A stretch of DNA of 64,000 nucleotides from a virus: IMG/VR virus record IMGVR_UViG_3300035698_003810, positions 1 to 64,000 of that record; one strand, 5' to 3'. The translations under genes and the position numbers were made by a program. This document shows positions 37,715 to 47,194 of the stretch, piece by piece. The notes beneath the pieces are model-generated. The model saw only the letters and a program-made list of their open reading frames with translations, ran no database searches and was not told the origin of the DNA. The first letter of the stretch is position 1. Each line of letters begins with the position of its first letter.

Positions 37715-40700
37715 ATGGCTAATTTTTTTGAAGATTTTGTTGCATCAACTGGAAATTTTTTCTATGCTGCACAGGTTGGATACCCATCATACCGATATTG
37801 GTATATCGATTATGTTAAGTTAATACCAACTGATGCTGTTGCATATCAACCGGGATTCCTTCTTGTTGAAACACAACCAGAATTGAATGGTAGCTTGTCG
37901 GCTTCATATGTAAATCTTGACCCATATAATGGTTGTGATAACTTTATAATTATTAGATATCAAAGTCCAACTGAATTTATGGGTTTGCGTGTTAATCCGG
38001 GGACTCTTGACCAAAAGGGAATTTATGTTTCTCATTCTAACCCAAGTGAATGGCAGGGTGAGGGTAATGCATTATCTCAAGGTGATACAAAACTTAATCT
38101 TATAAACTCAGCAGGTGTTGCGATTAGTGCTGAAACGTGGCCTAATAAAACTGCGTTTCCTCTTGATGGTTTAATTACAGTTGATATTACAAGTAATAAT
38201 AATTATTCTCTTGAATGGTGGGATTCAGACCACACAATATTATATGCCTCTGCTACATTTATTGATAACCATATTATATCATCGGCAGGACACCACGGGT
38301 TCTTCCACACTACAAAATGGGATGCAAACATTGACGGGTGGGATTATATCATGTGGGTTGATGGTGTATCTGCGGTTACACCACCGACAATAGAATCATT
38401 CAGTGCAACTGATTATGTAATAACTGATGGAGATAGTACTACTTTAGGGTGGTTTGTTTTAAGTGGTGATAATGATACAATAGTTACGATTGACAATGGG
38501 GTTGGTGATGTAGATTTATTTGGAACATCAGCTATAACTCCGGGGCTTGGTAGCCACACATATACAATATCAGCTTATAATGATGGTGGTTCAGTAAGTG
38601 CAGATTTTGGTTTGACAGTACTGGCAAATGCACCGACAATTGAGATATTTTCTGCATCTAATACTCCAGTGTCTGCTGGAGAAAATTCAACATTGGGGTG
38701 GATTACATCTGGTTCTTCTGTATCAGCTTTCATTGATAATGGTGTTGGTTGGATAACTCCTATTTGGGAAGTTAGTGCAGGTACGTATGAAGTTTCTGCA
38801 TTGACAGCAACAACAACATACACAATGTCAGCGTTTGATGTTAGTGATAACTTTGTTACCGACTCAACAACAGTTGAAGTTACTCCACCAATAATATCAG
38901 TATTTTCTGCCGACACACCAATATCTGCTGGTGGTAATTCAACATTGACATGGGAGACATCGGGTAGTTCTGTATCAGCATTTATTGATAATGATATTGG
39001 TTGGGTGACTCCAGTTAGTGCAGGTACATATGAAGTTTCTGCATTAACAGCAACAACAATATACACATTGTCAGCATTTGATTTTGTTGGTAATTATGTA
39101 ACAGACACTGCATTGGTTGTGGTGTCAGCGGTACCACAAATAGTTGGTGGTACATTTTCGGCAACACCAAATCCAGTTTGTTCAGGGTCTGATTATTTAA
39201 TTAGTTGGGAAACATTGGGAGCAACATCAGCATTCATTGATAATGGTGTTGGTTGGATTGCTTCATCTGCTGTAACTTCTGGTTCATATGGAACATCAGC
39301 TTCACTACCGACAACATATTCATTGTCTGCGTGGAATGACCTTGGAAATATTACAAGTGCGAGTTATATTCAACAGGTTTATTATAGAGACCCTGTTGCA
39401 GATGCAGGAAGTGATTTAGTATTTTCTGCAACGGATACCAGTGGGGTATCGGTAACATTTAATTCAAGTGCCAGTTATGACCCTGATGGTCAAGCTATTG
39501 CAACATATTTATGGACATCAGCAGGTACGGTAATATCAACATCAGAATATTTTACTCTTGTATTATCTGCTGGAGACTATGTATTTGATTTATTGATTAC
39601 CGATGGATGTAATCAATCGGGAACTGATAGTGTAAGTGCTTCTGTTGTGAATTTAATTCCTCCGGTTGCTATTGCAAGTGCAACTCCATATTTTGTAAAT
39701 GCTGGTGAAAGTTTTATTTTATCTGGTCAAGATAGTTATGACCCCGACGGAGCAATAGATAGTTACTTATGGGATTTAAGCGGAACATTCCTTTCAGCGA
39801 CTGACGTAGCGGTACACACACAAAATACAGTGGGTGATTATACATATACATTGACAGTAACAGACACAAGTGGATTATCTGCTTCTGATACAACGTTAGT
39901 TCATGTGAATGGTATATACGCTCCAAGTGCTAATGCTGGTGACGACCAATCACATTGTATGGTTTCTGGTGATTCGGTGGATGTAACACTTAATGGTAGT
40001 GATAGTTTTCCTTCTGAAACTGGTGGTACAATAGTTTGGTATGAGTGGGAATTAAGTGCGTTTGGTGTGTCTAATGTATCTGCCGATGTATCTGCGGTAT
40101 ATGAGATTTCAGCAACTGTAAGTGATGTTTCTGCATTTGGTACATATGAAGTTGGTTTGGTAGTTTCGGCATCAAATGGTATTATTGATAATGACATAAT
40201 GAGTGTAACTATTAATCGTCAAGCAATTGTATCTGCTGGTGATGACCAAACACATAATCTATCGTGTAGTGCTTCATTTATTAATATTGGGTTAAGTGGC
40301 AGCTCTGATTTATCTGGTACGTATATTTGGTATTTTAAAGATGGTGAAGTCACACAACAAGGACAAAATGTTACAAGAGAATATTCAGTAGGAACATACA
40401 GTGCCGGATTAGAAATTGTAACAACAGCAGCCAATGGTGCTGTATGTACATCAGACCAAGATATTATTAATATTGTTATAAGTGCCAACCCAATGTCAAT
40501 TGAAACATTTGAGTTTAGCCCTAATTTTATAAATGGAACGTCTGCATATGTGTGGACAACATTGTCATGGGAAACATCTGGTGCAGTAAGTGCAACTATT
40601 GATAATAATGTTGGGTGGTTAGATACATCAGCAATTAGTGCGGGTAGCATTGCGGTTTCAGCAACAAGTAGTATAACATATGCGATTTCAGCATTTGATG

Positions 40701-42013
40701 TTAGTGGTTGTATGATAACAGCAACAACAACAGCTATAATAAATTTAGGAACGATTTCAGCTTGTTTACTTAAAGTAAATTATATTTCTCTATTTGGCCC
40801 GGAACATATACGATGGGGTGAATGTCGAGATATTAATTTGGTTGACATGTTACCATCAACATTGAATGGTACAGATACAGAAACATATCTTAAAGTTTAT
40901 CAAGATTATTTAAATGAAATGTATGCGGGAAGTTGTGGGTATACCCTTGGTGCATCAGCATTAGATACATGTGCGTGTGAAGTTTCAGCATGTCTATTAT
41001 CTGCTGTTAATAATTTTTATGAACATCAAACATATTTGAGTGGTGGAATTTCAGCGAACACTTTATACACCCCTACTGATGATGTTGAGAAAGTATTCCT
41101 TAGTAATTTTTGTCAAATACCAAAAGATAATATATCTGTTCTTGAAAAGACATATAGATTGACAGAATTGTTTGACCCGGATTTAATTCCGATTGAGTTA
41201 ATTCAATTCTATGCATCTAATCTTGGATATAAAGTTGGATTGAGTCGTGATAATGTTGGGTTAGATTTTTCTGCTGCTCAAACAACATCAGAAGAGTCAA
41301 TAAATCAAAAGAAATATTTACGTTTCATGATTAGAAATTTACCAACATGGTACAAAATTAAAACAACAAGAAACTCAGTTAAGATGATGTTGTACTCATT
41401 TGGGTTAGTTGGTGATTTTATTTATTACTTTACAAGAAATTATAGAGACCCCGATACAGGAATTGGTTTAAATAGCTTAGAATATAATGCAACTAATGGA
41501 ATCACAGTAAACACTCCAAGTGGTGGTACAGACACTTCTGGTTTTAATAACTATGTTATTAATGATAACATGACATATAGAGAACTTCAGAAATTGAAAT
41601 GTGATACATCACAATGGGAAGAATTTAAGAACAATAAAAAAGCATATTTCAATATGTTGAACGATTTACAACCGACAGGAAATAATGATTGGTTATTGAC
41701 TGATGTAAATCCTATATCGGTACAGGAAGATATTTCAAATATCCCGGATGCTTTCTTCTCATCACCCCATTTTAGATTGTGGTTTGATATTTTAGAAAGT
41801 TTAACAAATGGAAATTATACAACTGATTTACATAGACAGAAATTAATATCAGAATCAATAAAGGCAATCAAGCCAATCAATACAGTTTTTGAGGGTGTTA
41901 CAGGTGTATTTAGAACTGTAGTTGATTTATACTACTTAGCATATCCGAGAATTAGAAAACACATTTCATTATTCTCTGATGGTTATGCGGATTGGTATAT
42001 GCCTGATGTTTAA
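37715..42013 (+). CDS. Ig/PKD-repeat protein fused to a gp7/P2-gpI-like baseplate wedge domain
   Basis: Repeats PTI..FSA...STL.W...IDNGVG; PKD-like PVADAG.D and SYDPDG.I..YLW; C-terminal DPD.IP...I...A..LG and IRNLP.WYKIK.T. Confidence 0.8.
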   Translation: MANFFEDFVASTGNFFYAAQVGYPSYRYWYIDYVKLIPTDAVAYQPGFLLVETQPELNGSLSASYVNLDPYNGCDNFIIIRYQSPTEFMGLRVNPGTLDQKGIYVSHSNPSEWQGEGNALSQGDTKLNLINSAGVAISAETWPNKTAFPLDGLITVDITSNNNYSLEWWDSDHTILYASATFIDNHIISSAGHHGFFHTTKWDANIDGWDYIMWVDGVSAVTPPTIESFSATDYVITDGDSTTLGWFVLSGDNDTIVTIDNGVGDVDLFGTSAITPGLGSHTYTISAYNDGGSVSADFGLTVLANAPTIEIFSASNTPVSAGENSTLGWITSGSSVSAFIDNGVGWITPIWEVSAGTYEVSALTATTTYTMSAFDVSDNFVTDSTTVEVTPPIISVFSADTPISAGGNSTLTWETSGSSVSAFIDNDIGWVTPVSAGTYEVSALTATTIYTLSAFDFVGNYVTDTALVVVSAVPQIVGGTFSATPNPVCSGSDYLISWETLGATSAFIDNGVGWIASSAVTSGSYGTSASLPTTYSLSAWNDLGNITSASYIQQVYYRDPVADAGSDLVFSATDTSGVSVTFNSSASYDPDGQAIATYLWTSAGTVISTSEYFTLVLSAGDYVFDLLITDGCNQSGTDSVSASVVNLIPPVAIASATPYFVNAGESFILSGQDSYDPDGAIDSYLWDLSGTFLSATDVAVHTQNTVGDYTYTLTVTDTSGLSASDTTLVHVNGIYAPSANAGDDQSHCMVSGDSVDVTLNGSDSFPSETGGTIVWYEWELSAFGVSNVSADVSAVYEISATVSDVSAFGTYEVGLVVSASNGIIDNDIMSVTINRQAIVSAGDDQTHNLSCSASFINIGLSGSSDLSGTYIWYFKDGEVTQQGQNVTREYSVGTYSAGLEIVTTAANGAVCTSDQDIINIVISANPMSIETFEFSPNFINGTSAYVWTTLSWETSGAVSATIDNNVGWLDTSAISAGSIAVSATSSITYAISAFDVSGCMITATTTAIINLGTISACLLKVNYISLFGPEHIRWGECRDINLVDMLPSTLNGTDTETYLKVYQDYLNEMYAGSCGYTLGASALDTCACEVSACLLSAVNNFYEHQTYLSGGISANTLYTPTDDVEKVFLSNFCQIPKDNISVLEKTYRLTELFDPDLIPIELIQFYASNLGYKVGLSRDNVGLDFSAAQTTSEESINQKKYLRFMIRNLPTWYKIKTTRNSVKMMLYSFGLVGDFIYYFTRNYRDPDTGIGLNSLEYNATNGITVNTPSGGTDTSGFNNYVINDNMTYRELQKLKCDTSQWEEFKNNKKAYFNMLNDLQPTGNNDWLLTDVNPISVQEDISNIPDAFFSSPHFRLWFDILESLTNGNYTTDLHRQKLISESIKAIKPINTVFEGVTGVFRTVVDLYYLAYPRIRKHISLFSDGYADWYMPDV
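38771..39082 (+). repeat. near-identical 69-nt direct repeat within tandem Ig domains
   Basis: 38771-38839 vs 39014-39082 (GTTAGTGCAGGTAC...TTTGAT), about 5 mismatches, in frame. Confidence 0.85.
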
Positions 42014-42019
42014 GAAAAA

Positions 42020-42033
42020 TATAAATATAAATA
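42020..42033 (+). promoter_or_regulatory. overlapping T4-type late promoters
   Basis: TATAAATATAAATA. Confidence 0.8.
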
Positions 42034-42067
42034 GATATATAGTTAATATATTAAGGAGAAATTATTA

Positions 42068-44977
42068 ATGGCACAATATGCAATGATTACAGAAACTGGT
42101 CTGAACGAGATAGATAATGCTCATCCATTGGGACAATATATTGAAATAGCATATTACTTACCAGTTTACGATTATAGAATAGACCCAAATATTTTACCAA
42201 CAGATACTTCTATAAGTGGAACTGAAATCAGAACGTGTACAAGTTCTGCTGACACTGTACCACAAGGAGAAATTCTATGGAATGTTTCTGGAGATTCCTA
42301 TACATTATCACCAGAACAATTATATTTGATACGTACAGGGGATGAACTTGTAACTACAAGTGGTACAAATAAACAGATAACTAATTTTGCACATAGAGAA
42401 GTGTTCTCTATAAATAAATTTAAAACAAGTGCTATTGGTGATTACTATACAGGTGATACAGTATCATCTCCGGGAACGGCTGGTGCATCATGGTTTATAT
42501 CTAATGCAGGGTATGGTTTGTTATCAGCACCAACATCTGCCGAGGGATTTGGCCCGGAAGACCCGGACAGTCCAGCAGCGAGTTTTCTTTACAAAGGTGT
42601 AACATATCAACATGTTATTACATCTGCTAATGATAGTAGAGCTAATTTCAAAGTTACTATGAGAGCAGAACATGGACAAATCAAATTTAATAAAGTTGGT
42701 TTGTATGGTGTTAAGAGAACAGCAGATGGTGTTATTGCTACCGACCCATTTTTATTTGGACAAGTAATTATTCCTGAACCACAAATTCTTTATTCAAGAG
42801 ATGTTGGTAGCACGGGTAAAGTAACGGAAATTACATTAGATTATCAAATTGAATCAAAAACACTAAGTGCTGGTTTATTTGAAGATGTATTTTATTCAAC
42901 ATCTGGTGACTATTGGGTAAGAACAACTAATGAAGAAAATGGCAATTATGGTCTATCATATGATGGTAGTGTATATATTTCAAATACATTAGGCATAGAC
43001 GAAACAGGACAGGTGTTACCGGGTGATGACGATAGAAGTGTAGCCAAACTACTGGTTAGTACATTTGAGTACGTTAATAAGCCTGTAACGAGTGCTGAGA
43101 GAGAAATGCCTCAACTTTGCTTACAATATGTTGCAAGTCAAGGTATAGAATCAAAACGTATCAGAACAACAATGAAAACTAATGTGAGTGGTGATTGTGA
43201 ATTTGATATGTATGGTGCATGTTTAAGTGCTCATCCTGATAACTATTCATTGATTCCTGCTATTGACAAAGGTTATGGTTTGGGGTTAGAAGGTAAAAGG
43301 TGGAGTCATGCATATATATCAAACACATTTGAAATGTTTAATGACTCTTGGGCTGATGTTACATCCGGTTCAAACTTTCTTGATTCATATATTAATTTTG
43401 ATAGTTCAAATGCACTGGCTCATTTTGGAAGCACAAATGTTTATGTTGGCCCATACCATAACACAAAACAAATTAAATTCGATGGGTCTACATTTTTAAA
43501 AAAAATTAACAATACAAGATATATGCATGGTAATATTTCATCATATCGTGCTTCGGCAACTGGTAATGATATTATTACTGGTGTTGAAAATATATACACG
43601 CAAGAATATGATTTACTTATAAGAGGATTAAATGATATTGCATTGGTTACATTATCAGCCGGAAGTGAATCATCATTCACTGCTGAAGAAATTATTGATA
43701 AAATTTGGACAACATATACAATAACCGAAGCTGAAATTGACAGATTAAAAAAACTTATAACTGCCAATGAAATAAGTATTGATGTAATAAATGGTGATAT
43801 TGCTCAGTTTACAACATCAACACCTGTTGGTTTAATACAAGAAAGAAATCAATTAACATTTGAAAATGAAAAATTAGCTTCACAAATTAAAACATTAGAA
43901 GAAAGTGGTGAGAATATTAACACATATCTTGGAGAATCTCAAGATATTCTTCTTGTTGCTGGAAGAAATATTCATACAAATGGAAATGTGATTCCGTTAA
44001 GAAATCTTGTAAATGATTTGGGTTGGTGGGATAATCAATTTGCTCATGTGTTTACAGAAAACATCACTGGGTGGAATAGGGATGATGGTAATGGTAGACA
44101 AGTGACATTCCAAGGACATATAGTTCCTGATGGTACTGGACATAAAATAAGAGAAAACAAATGGACAGGATGGGAATGGTCTGAAATTACTGCAAAGAAG
44201 TTTGGTCGAACTGATAAATATGTTGAAAAGGCATATTTAAGAAAAATATACACTCGTGATATTAGAATTGAAGAAAACGGTAGTCTTGAGTTTACTAATG
44301 GTATTAAAATGTCAAATAGTAGTATATGGGGAAATATTAACAATATAGGGACGGATACTAATCCAGTTAATATAATTTATGTTAATGATTTGGTATTGAA
44401 AAATCAATATAAAACATACACTGTTGGTGATTTATTAACACCAAAATCAACTTCTATTTATTCATCAAATTTTAAATCAGCGGGTGGGTCATTTAAATTT
44501 AAAAATGTAACAGCGAGATATAGTGCAATACAGCAGGGTGGTATTTTATATTTAACTTTTGAAAAAGACCAATCTATTGCAGATGCTTCTTCTAATTGGA
44601 ATCCAAATGATATACCAGGTAAAAAAGATATGGTTACTATACCATATTCTGGAATGATGCAAATATTTGGATTTAATACTATGCAGTATGTGGATAGTAC
44701 TCCTATTACATTACAACAATATGTTCATTCAAATGAAGATGGTATTGGTGGAAAAGATGAAGGTAATTTTAAATTTGCGGGTACTATATTTCAAGCCCCT
44801 GATGATATAGGATTTGTTGTGGCTGGTAAATATAGAACATTAACCAACCCAAGTGATGGTAGTTCTAAAAGGTTTTGGAAATTTTTAGCCGGTAATAAGG
44901 TTAGTATAAGGGATACCGACATCGTTCTTACATTTAAGTTTACAGGAGTATTGACTTCAGTATGGTCAGAACAATAA
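42068..44977 (+). CDS. tail collar/fibre protein (P2 gpH/DUF3751-like N-terminus)
   Basis: N-terminal IT..G...I..A and FNKVGLY...LFG resemble baseplate-attachment domains; follows gp7-like gene. Confidence 0.65.
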   Translation: MAQYAMITETGLNEIDNAHPLGQYIEIAYYLPVYDYRIDPNILPTDTSISGTEIRTCTSSADTVPQGEILWNVSGDSYTLSPEQLYLIRTGDELVTTSGTNKQITNFAHREVFSINKFKTSAIGDYYTGDTVSSPGTAGASWFISNAGYGLLSAPTSAEGFGPEDPDSPAASFLYKGVTYQHVITSANDSRANFKVTMRAEHGQIKFNKVGLYGVKRTADGVIATDPFLFGQVIIPEPQILYSRDVGSTGKVTEITLDYQIESKTLSAGLFEDVFYSTSGDYWVRTTNEENGNYGLSYDGSVYISNTLGIDETGQVLPGDDDRSVAKLLVSTFEYVNKPVTSAEREMPQLCLQYVASQGIESKRIRTTMKTNVSGDCEFDMYGACLSAHPDNYSLIPAIDKGYGLGLEGKRWSHAYISNTFEMFNDSWADVTSGSNFLDSYINFDSSNALAHFGSTNVYVGPYHNTKQIKFDGSTFLKKINNTRYMHGNISSYRASATGNDIITGVENIYTQEYDLLIRGLNDIALVTLSAGSESSFTAEEIIDKIWTTYTITEAEIDRLKKLITANEISIDVINGDIAQFTTSTPVGLIQERNQLTFENEKLASQIKTLEESGENINTYLGESQDILLVAGRNIHTNGNVIPLRNLVNDLGWWDNQFAHVFTENITGWNRDDGNGRQVTFQGHIVPDGTGHKIRENKWTGWEWSEITAKKFGRTDKYVEKAYLRKIYTRDIRIEENGSLEFTNGIKMSNSSIWGNINNIGTDTNPVNIIYVNDLVLKNQYKTYTVGDLLTPKSTSIYSSNFKSAGGSFKFKNVTARYSAIQQGGILYLTFEKDQSIADASSNWNPNDIPGKKDMVTIPYSGMMQIFGFNTMQYVDSTPITLQQYVHSNEDGIGGKDEGNFKFAGTIFQAPDDIGFVVAGKYRTLTNPSDGSSKRFWKFLAGNKVSIRDTDIVLTFKFTGVLTSVWSEQ

Positions 44978-45004
44978 TTTTTTATAAAAAAAGGAGATAT
45001 TGAA

Positions 45005-45511
45005 ATGGAAGTAACATTGAAAAATCGTGAATTGGTTGATTTGTTTGATGCAATGAAACAGATAAGTGAAACAGAGAAAAATAATAAATGGTTTACTTAT
45101 GCGGTGACATTAAATGAGCAAAATTTAATGCCGAAAGTTATTGCTATTATAGAATGTGGTAAACCTGCAAATGAATATAAATCATTTGAGGCTGAACGAG
45201 AAAAATTAATTGATGTGTATGTTGAACGTGATGAAGATGGTAATTATGTTGTTGATGAAAGCACACAAATGATTAAGATTAAAAATGAATTTATAGTAGA
45301 AGCAAAACAAAAATTTGATGAATTGGATAAAAATAATGAAAGTATTCGTATTCAAAGACAAAATGATATAAACGAATATTATGCATTATTGGATAAAGAA
45401 ACAACGGTTGATATTGAGCAAATATCATTAGATAATTTTCCTAATTATATGAATAAAATAATGATGAAATCATTACAACCATTAATAGCCAAAACAATTA
45501 TAGAGGATTAA
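45005..45511 (+). CDS. helical hypothetical protein, possible fibre chaperone
   Basis: AAGGAG RBS; follows fibre gene. Confidence 0.6.
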   Translation: MEVTLKNRELVDLFDAMKQISETEKNNKWFTYAVTLNEQNLMPKVIAIIECGKPANEYKSFEAEREKLIDVYVERDEDGNYVVDESTQMIKIKNEFIVEAKQKFDELDKNNESIRIQRQNDINEYYALLDKETTVDIEQISLDNFPNYMNKIMMKSLQPLIAKTIIED

Positions 45512-45513
45512 TA

Positions 45514-46146
45514 ATGGCGTACAACGCATTTCCAAATACGTTCCATAATGATAAGTGGGTATTGACATTTAGTAATTTACCTAATGTTGGTGACCTTTCT
45601 GATATGAGATATTTTCAAAGCTATATTAAAAATTTAATATTGCCGGATTATAATATGGGAGAAATAGCTGATGTTGGCCCATTTGGATTCCAAGTAAGAC
45701 ATCCGATTGCCGGGATGAAAAAGAATACAGAGTTAAGTCAATTACAAATTGAATTTAAATTGTCGGAAGATTTATTAAACTATATGTATTTTTTCCGTTG
45801 GATAAAGGATTTGAAATATGGTAATTTAAATGAAGGTGCGTATACTGATTTAATTAGAAAGTTTACAATCAAGAAGGCCATTCTTAGTATTTTGGATAAT
45901 CAAAAGAGAACAGTTGTTAATTTATTTTTTACAGAATTATTTTTGTTAAATTTAAGTTCTCTTCAATTGACAATGGGTAGTTCAGATGAAGTTACATTTA
46001 CGTGTAATTTTAGTTATGAAGAAATTGATTATGACATTAAAGACCCATCAATTGGAAGTTCTAATCCGACAACTCCGACACTTGTTAACCCATGTGGAAC
46101 GAGTGCAGTACCTGCTACTTCAGCATCAACTGATTGGGAGATATAA
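45514..46146 (+). CDS. tail tube terminator/completion protein (gp3-like)
   Basis: F...P, ..LP, L.IEF.L.EDL.NY....W, LSILDN, F..LF...LS.L, F.Y pattern of T4 gp3. Confidence 0.75.
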   Translation: MAYNAFPNTFHNDKWVLTFSNLPNVGDLSDMRYFQSYIKNLILPDYNMGEIADVGPFGFQVRHPIAGMKKNTELSQLQIEFKLSEDLLNYMYFFRWIKDLKYGNLNEGAYTDLIRKFTIKKAILSILDNQKRTVVNLFFTELFLLNLSSLQLTMGSSDEVTFTCNFSYEEIDYDIKDPSIGSSNPTTPTLVNPCGTSAVPATSASTDWEI

Positions 46147-46583
46147 TGTATTACATAGTGCAAGTATCAGAATTAAGTGATTTCTCTAACTTGGCATCTA
46201 ATAAGATTGTAGAGGAAGTTACCGAGGATGTTATTACATATGGATTAGATACAGGTACTCTATATTATTGGAGAGCGAAAAGTGTAAACAATCAAACAGG
46301 TAAGGAAAGTGTTTGGTCTGCTACATGTTGGTTTATAACTCAGTATGCTGATATTATAATAATCCAAGGAAGTCATACAGATGGTGTTGAGTTGAATAAT
46401 GTTATTTACTATGAGGCTGGAGTTAATAGAGCATCAACATGTTTTGCACCGGATGGAATTATTGCTGATAAGTTATGTCGTAGCTCTTCGGCATGTTGTG
46501 GTGCTATTGCTACAGATGTTCCAGTGGGTGATGATGGGCTTGGTAGTGGTTTGTGTGGTCAGAGTTGTTCTGAATTATTATAA
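46146..46583 (+). CDS. Fn3-like protein with Cys-rich C-terminus
   Basis: Y.VQVS...DFS, L..GT.YYWR.KS, S.WS; TAATG overlap with upstream gene. Confidence 0.7.
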   Translation: MYYIVQVSELSDFSNLASNKIVEEVTEDVITYGLDTGTLYYWRAKSVNNQTGKESVWSATCWFITQYADIIIIQGSHTDGVELNNVIYYEAGVNRASTCFAPDGIIADKLCRSSSACCGAIATDVPVGDDGLGSGLCGQSCSELL

Positions 46584-46586
46584 ATA
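46579..46586 (+). promoter_or_regulatory. T4-type late promoter upstream of regA
   Basis: TATAAATA overlapping the upstream stop codon. Confidence 0.6.
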
Positions 46587-46637
46587 TTTGAAAATTGACG
46601 GGTGAAGCTGAAAAAATTAAAAAGTTAGGAGTAAATT

Positions 46638-47009
46638 ATGGAACTATTAAAAGTTAAATTATTAACAGATAAGAAAGTGGTGCAGGAAACAACAAACAGA
46701 ATCGGAATTGCAAATAAAAGAAAACAAATTTTATATCCAAGTTGTTACATCTATGAAAAAGATGGTGAAACATATCTTGTTCATTTTAAACAATTGTTTG
46801 TTTTAAGAGATAATGGGTACAATAATGTGTGTGATGAAGATATTAAAAGAAGAAATGCTGTAGCTTTTTGTCTTAAAAATTGGGGATTAATTGATGTAGA
46901 AGATGAGGAAATTGAACCACATGATATATATGTTTTTGTTCTACCTCATAAAGAAAAACATGAATGGAAAATTTCTCATAAAGTCAACCTTTTTACTTTA
47001 AGCAGTTAA
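46638..47009 (+). CDS. regA: translational repressor RegA
   Basis: ET..RIGIAN....LY.SC, Y.VHFK, ED..RRN..A..L..WGLI, K.K.EW align with T4 RegA. Confidence 0.93.
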   Translation: MELLKVKLLTDKKVVQETTNRIGIANKRKQILYPSCYIYEKDGETYLVHFKQLFVLRDNGYNNVCDEDIKRRNAVAFCLKNWGLIDVEDEEIEPHDIYVFVLPHKEKHEWKISHKVNLFTLSS

Positions 47010-47015
47010 AAATTA

Positions 47016-47023
47016 TATAAATA
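47016..47023 (+). promoter_or_regulatory. T4-type late promoter
   Basis: Intergenic TATAAATA. Confidence 0.75.
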
Positions 47024-47043
47024 CTTAAGTAAGGAGATGTATT

Positions 47044-47169
47044 TTGAAGAAAGATAAATACAATTACAGCGTGGATGATGTCGAAGATTTTGAAGAATTT
47101 GAAAAATATTTCGGCTTTAGTGACGAAGAAAATGAAGATGGTGAACCGAAAGAACTTGATTTTGGATAA
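47044..47169 (+). CDS. 41-aa acidic mini-protein (not in ORF track)
   Basis: AAGGAG RBS, TTG start; MKKDKYNYSVDDVEDFEEFEKYFGFSDEENEDGEPKELDFG*. Confidence 0.65.
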   Translation: MKKDKYNYSVDDVEDFEEFEKYFGFSDEENEDGEPKELDFG

Positions 47170-47194
47170 AATATAAAAAATATAGGAGAATAAT

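Noticed and set aside
38771-39082. Near-identical repeat pair as possible DGR template/variable repeats
   Set aside because: Both copies are in frame within one gene, mismatches are not strictly adenine-specific, and no reverse transcriptase is in the window
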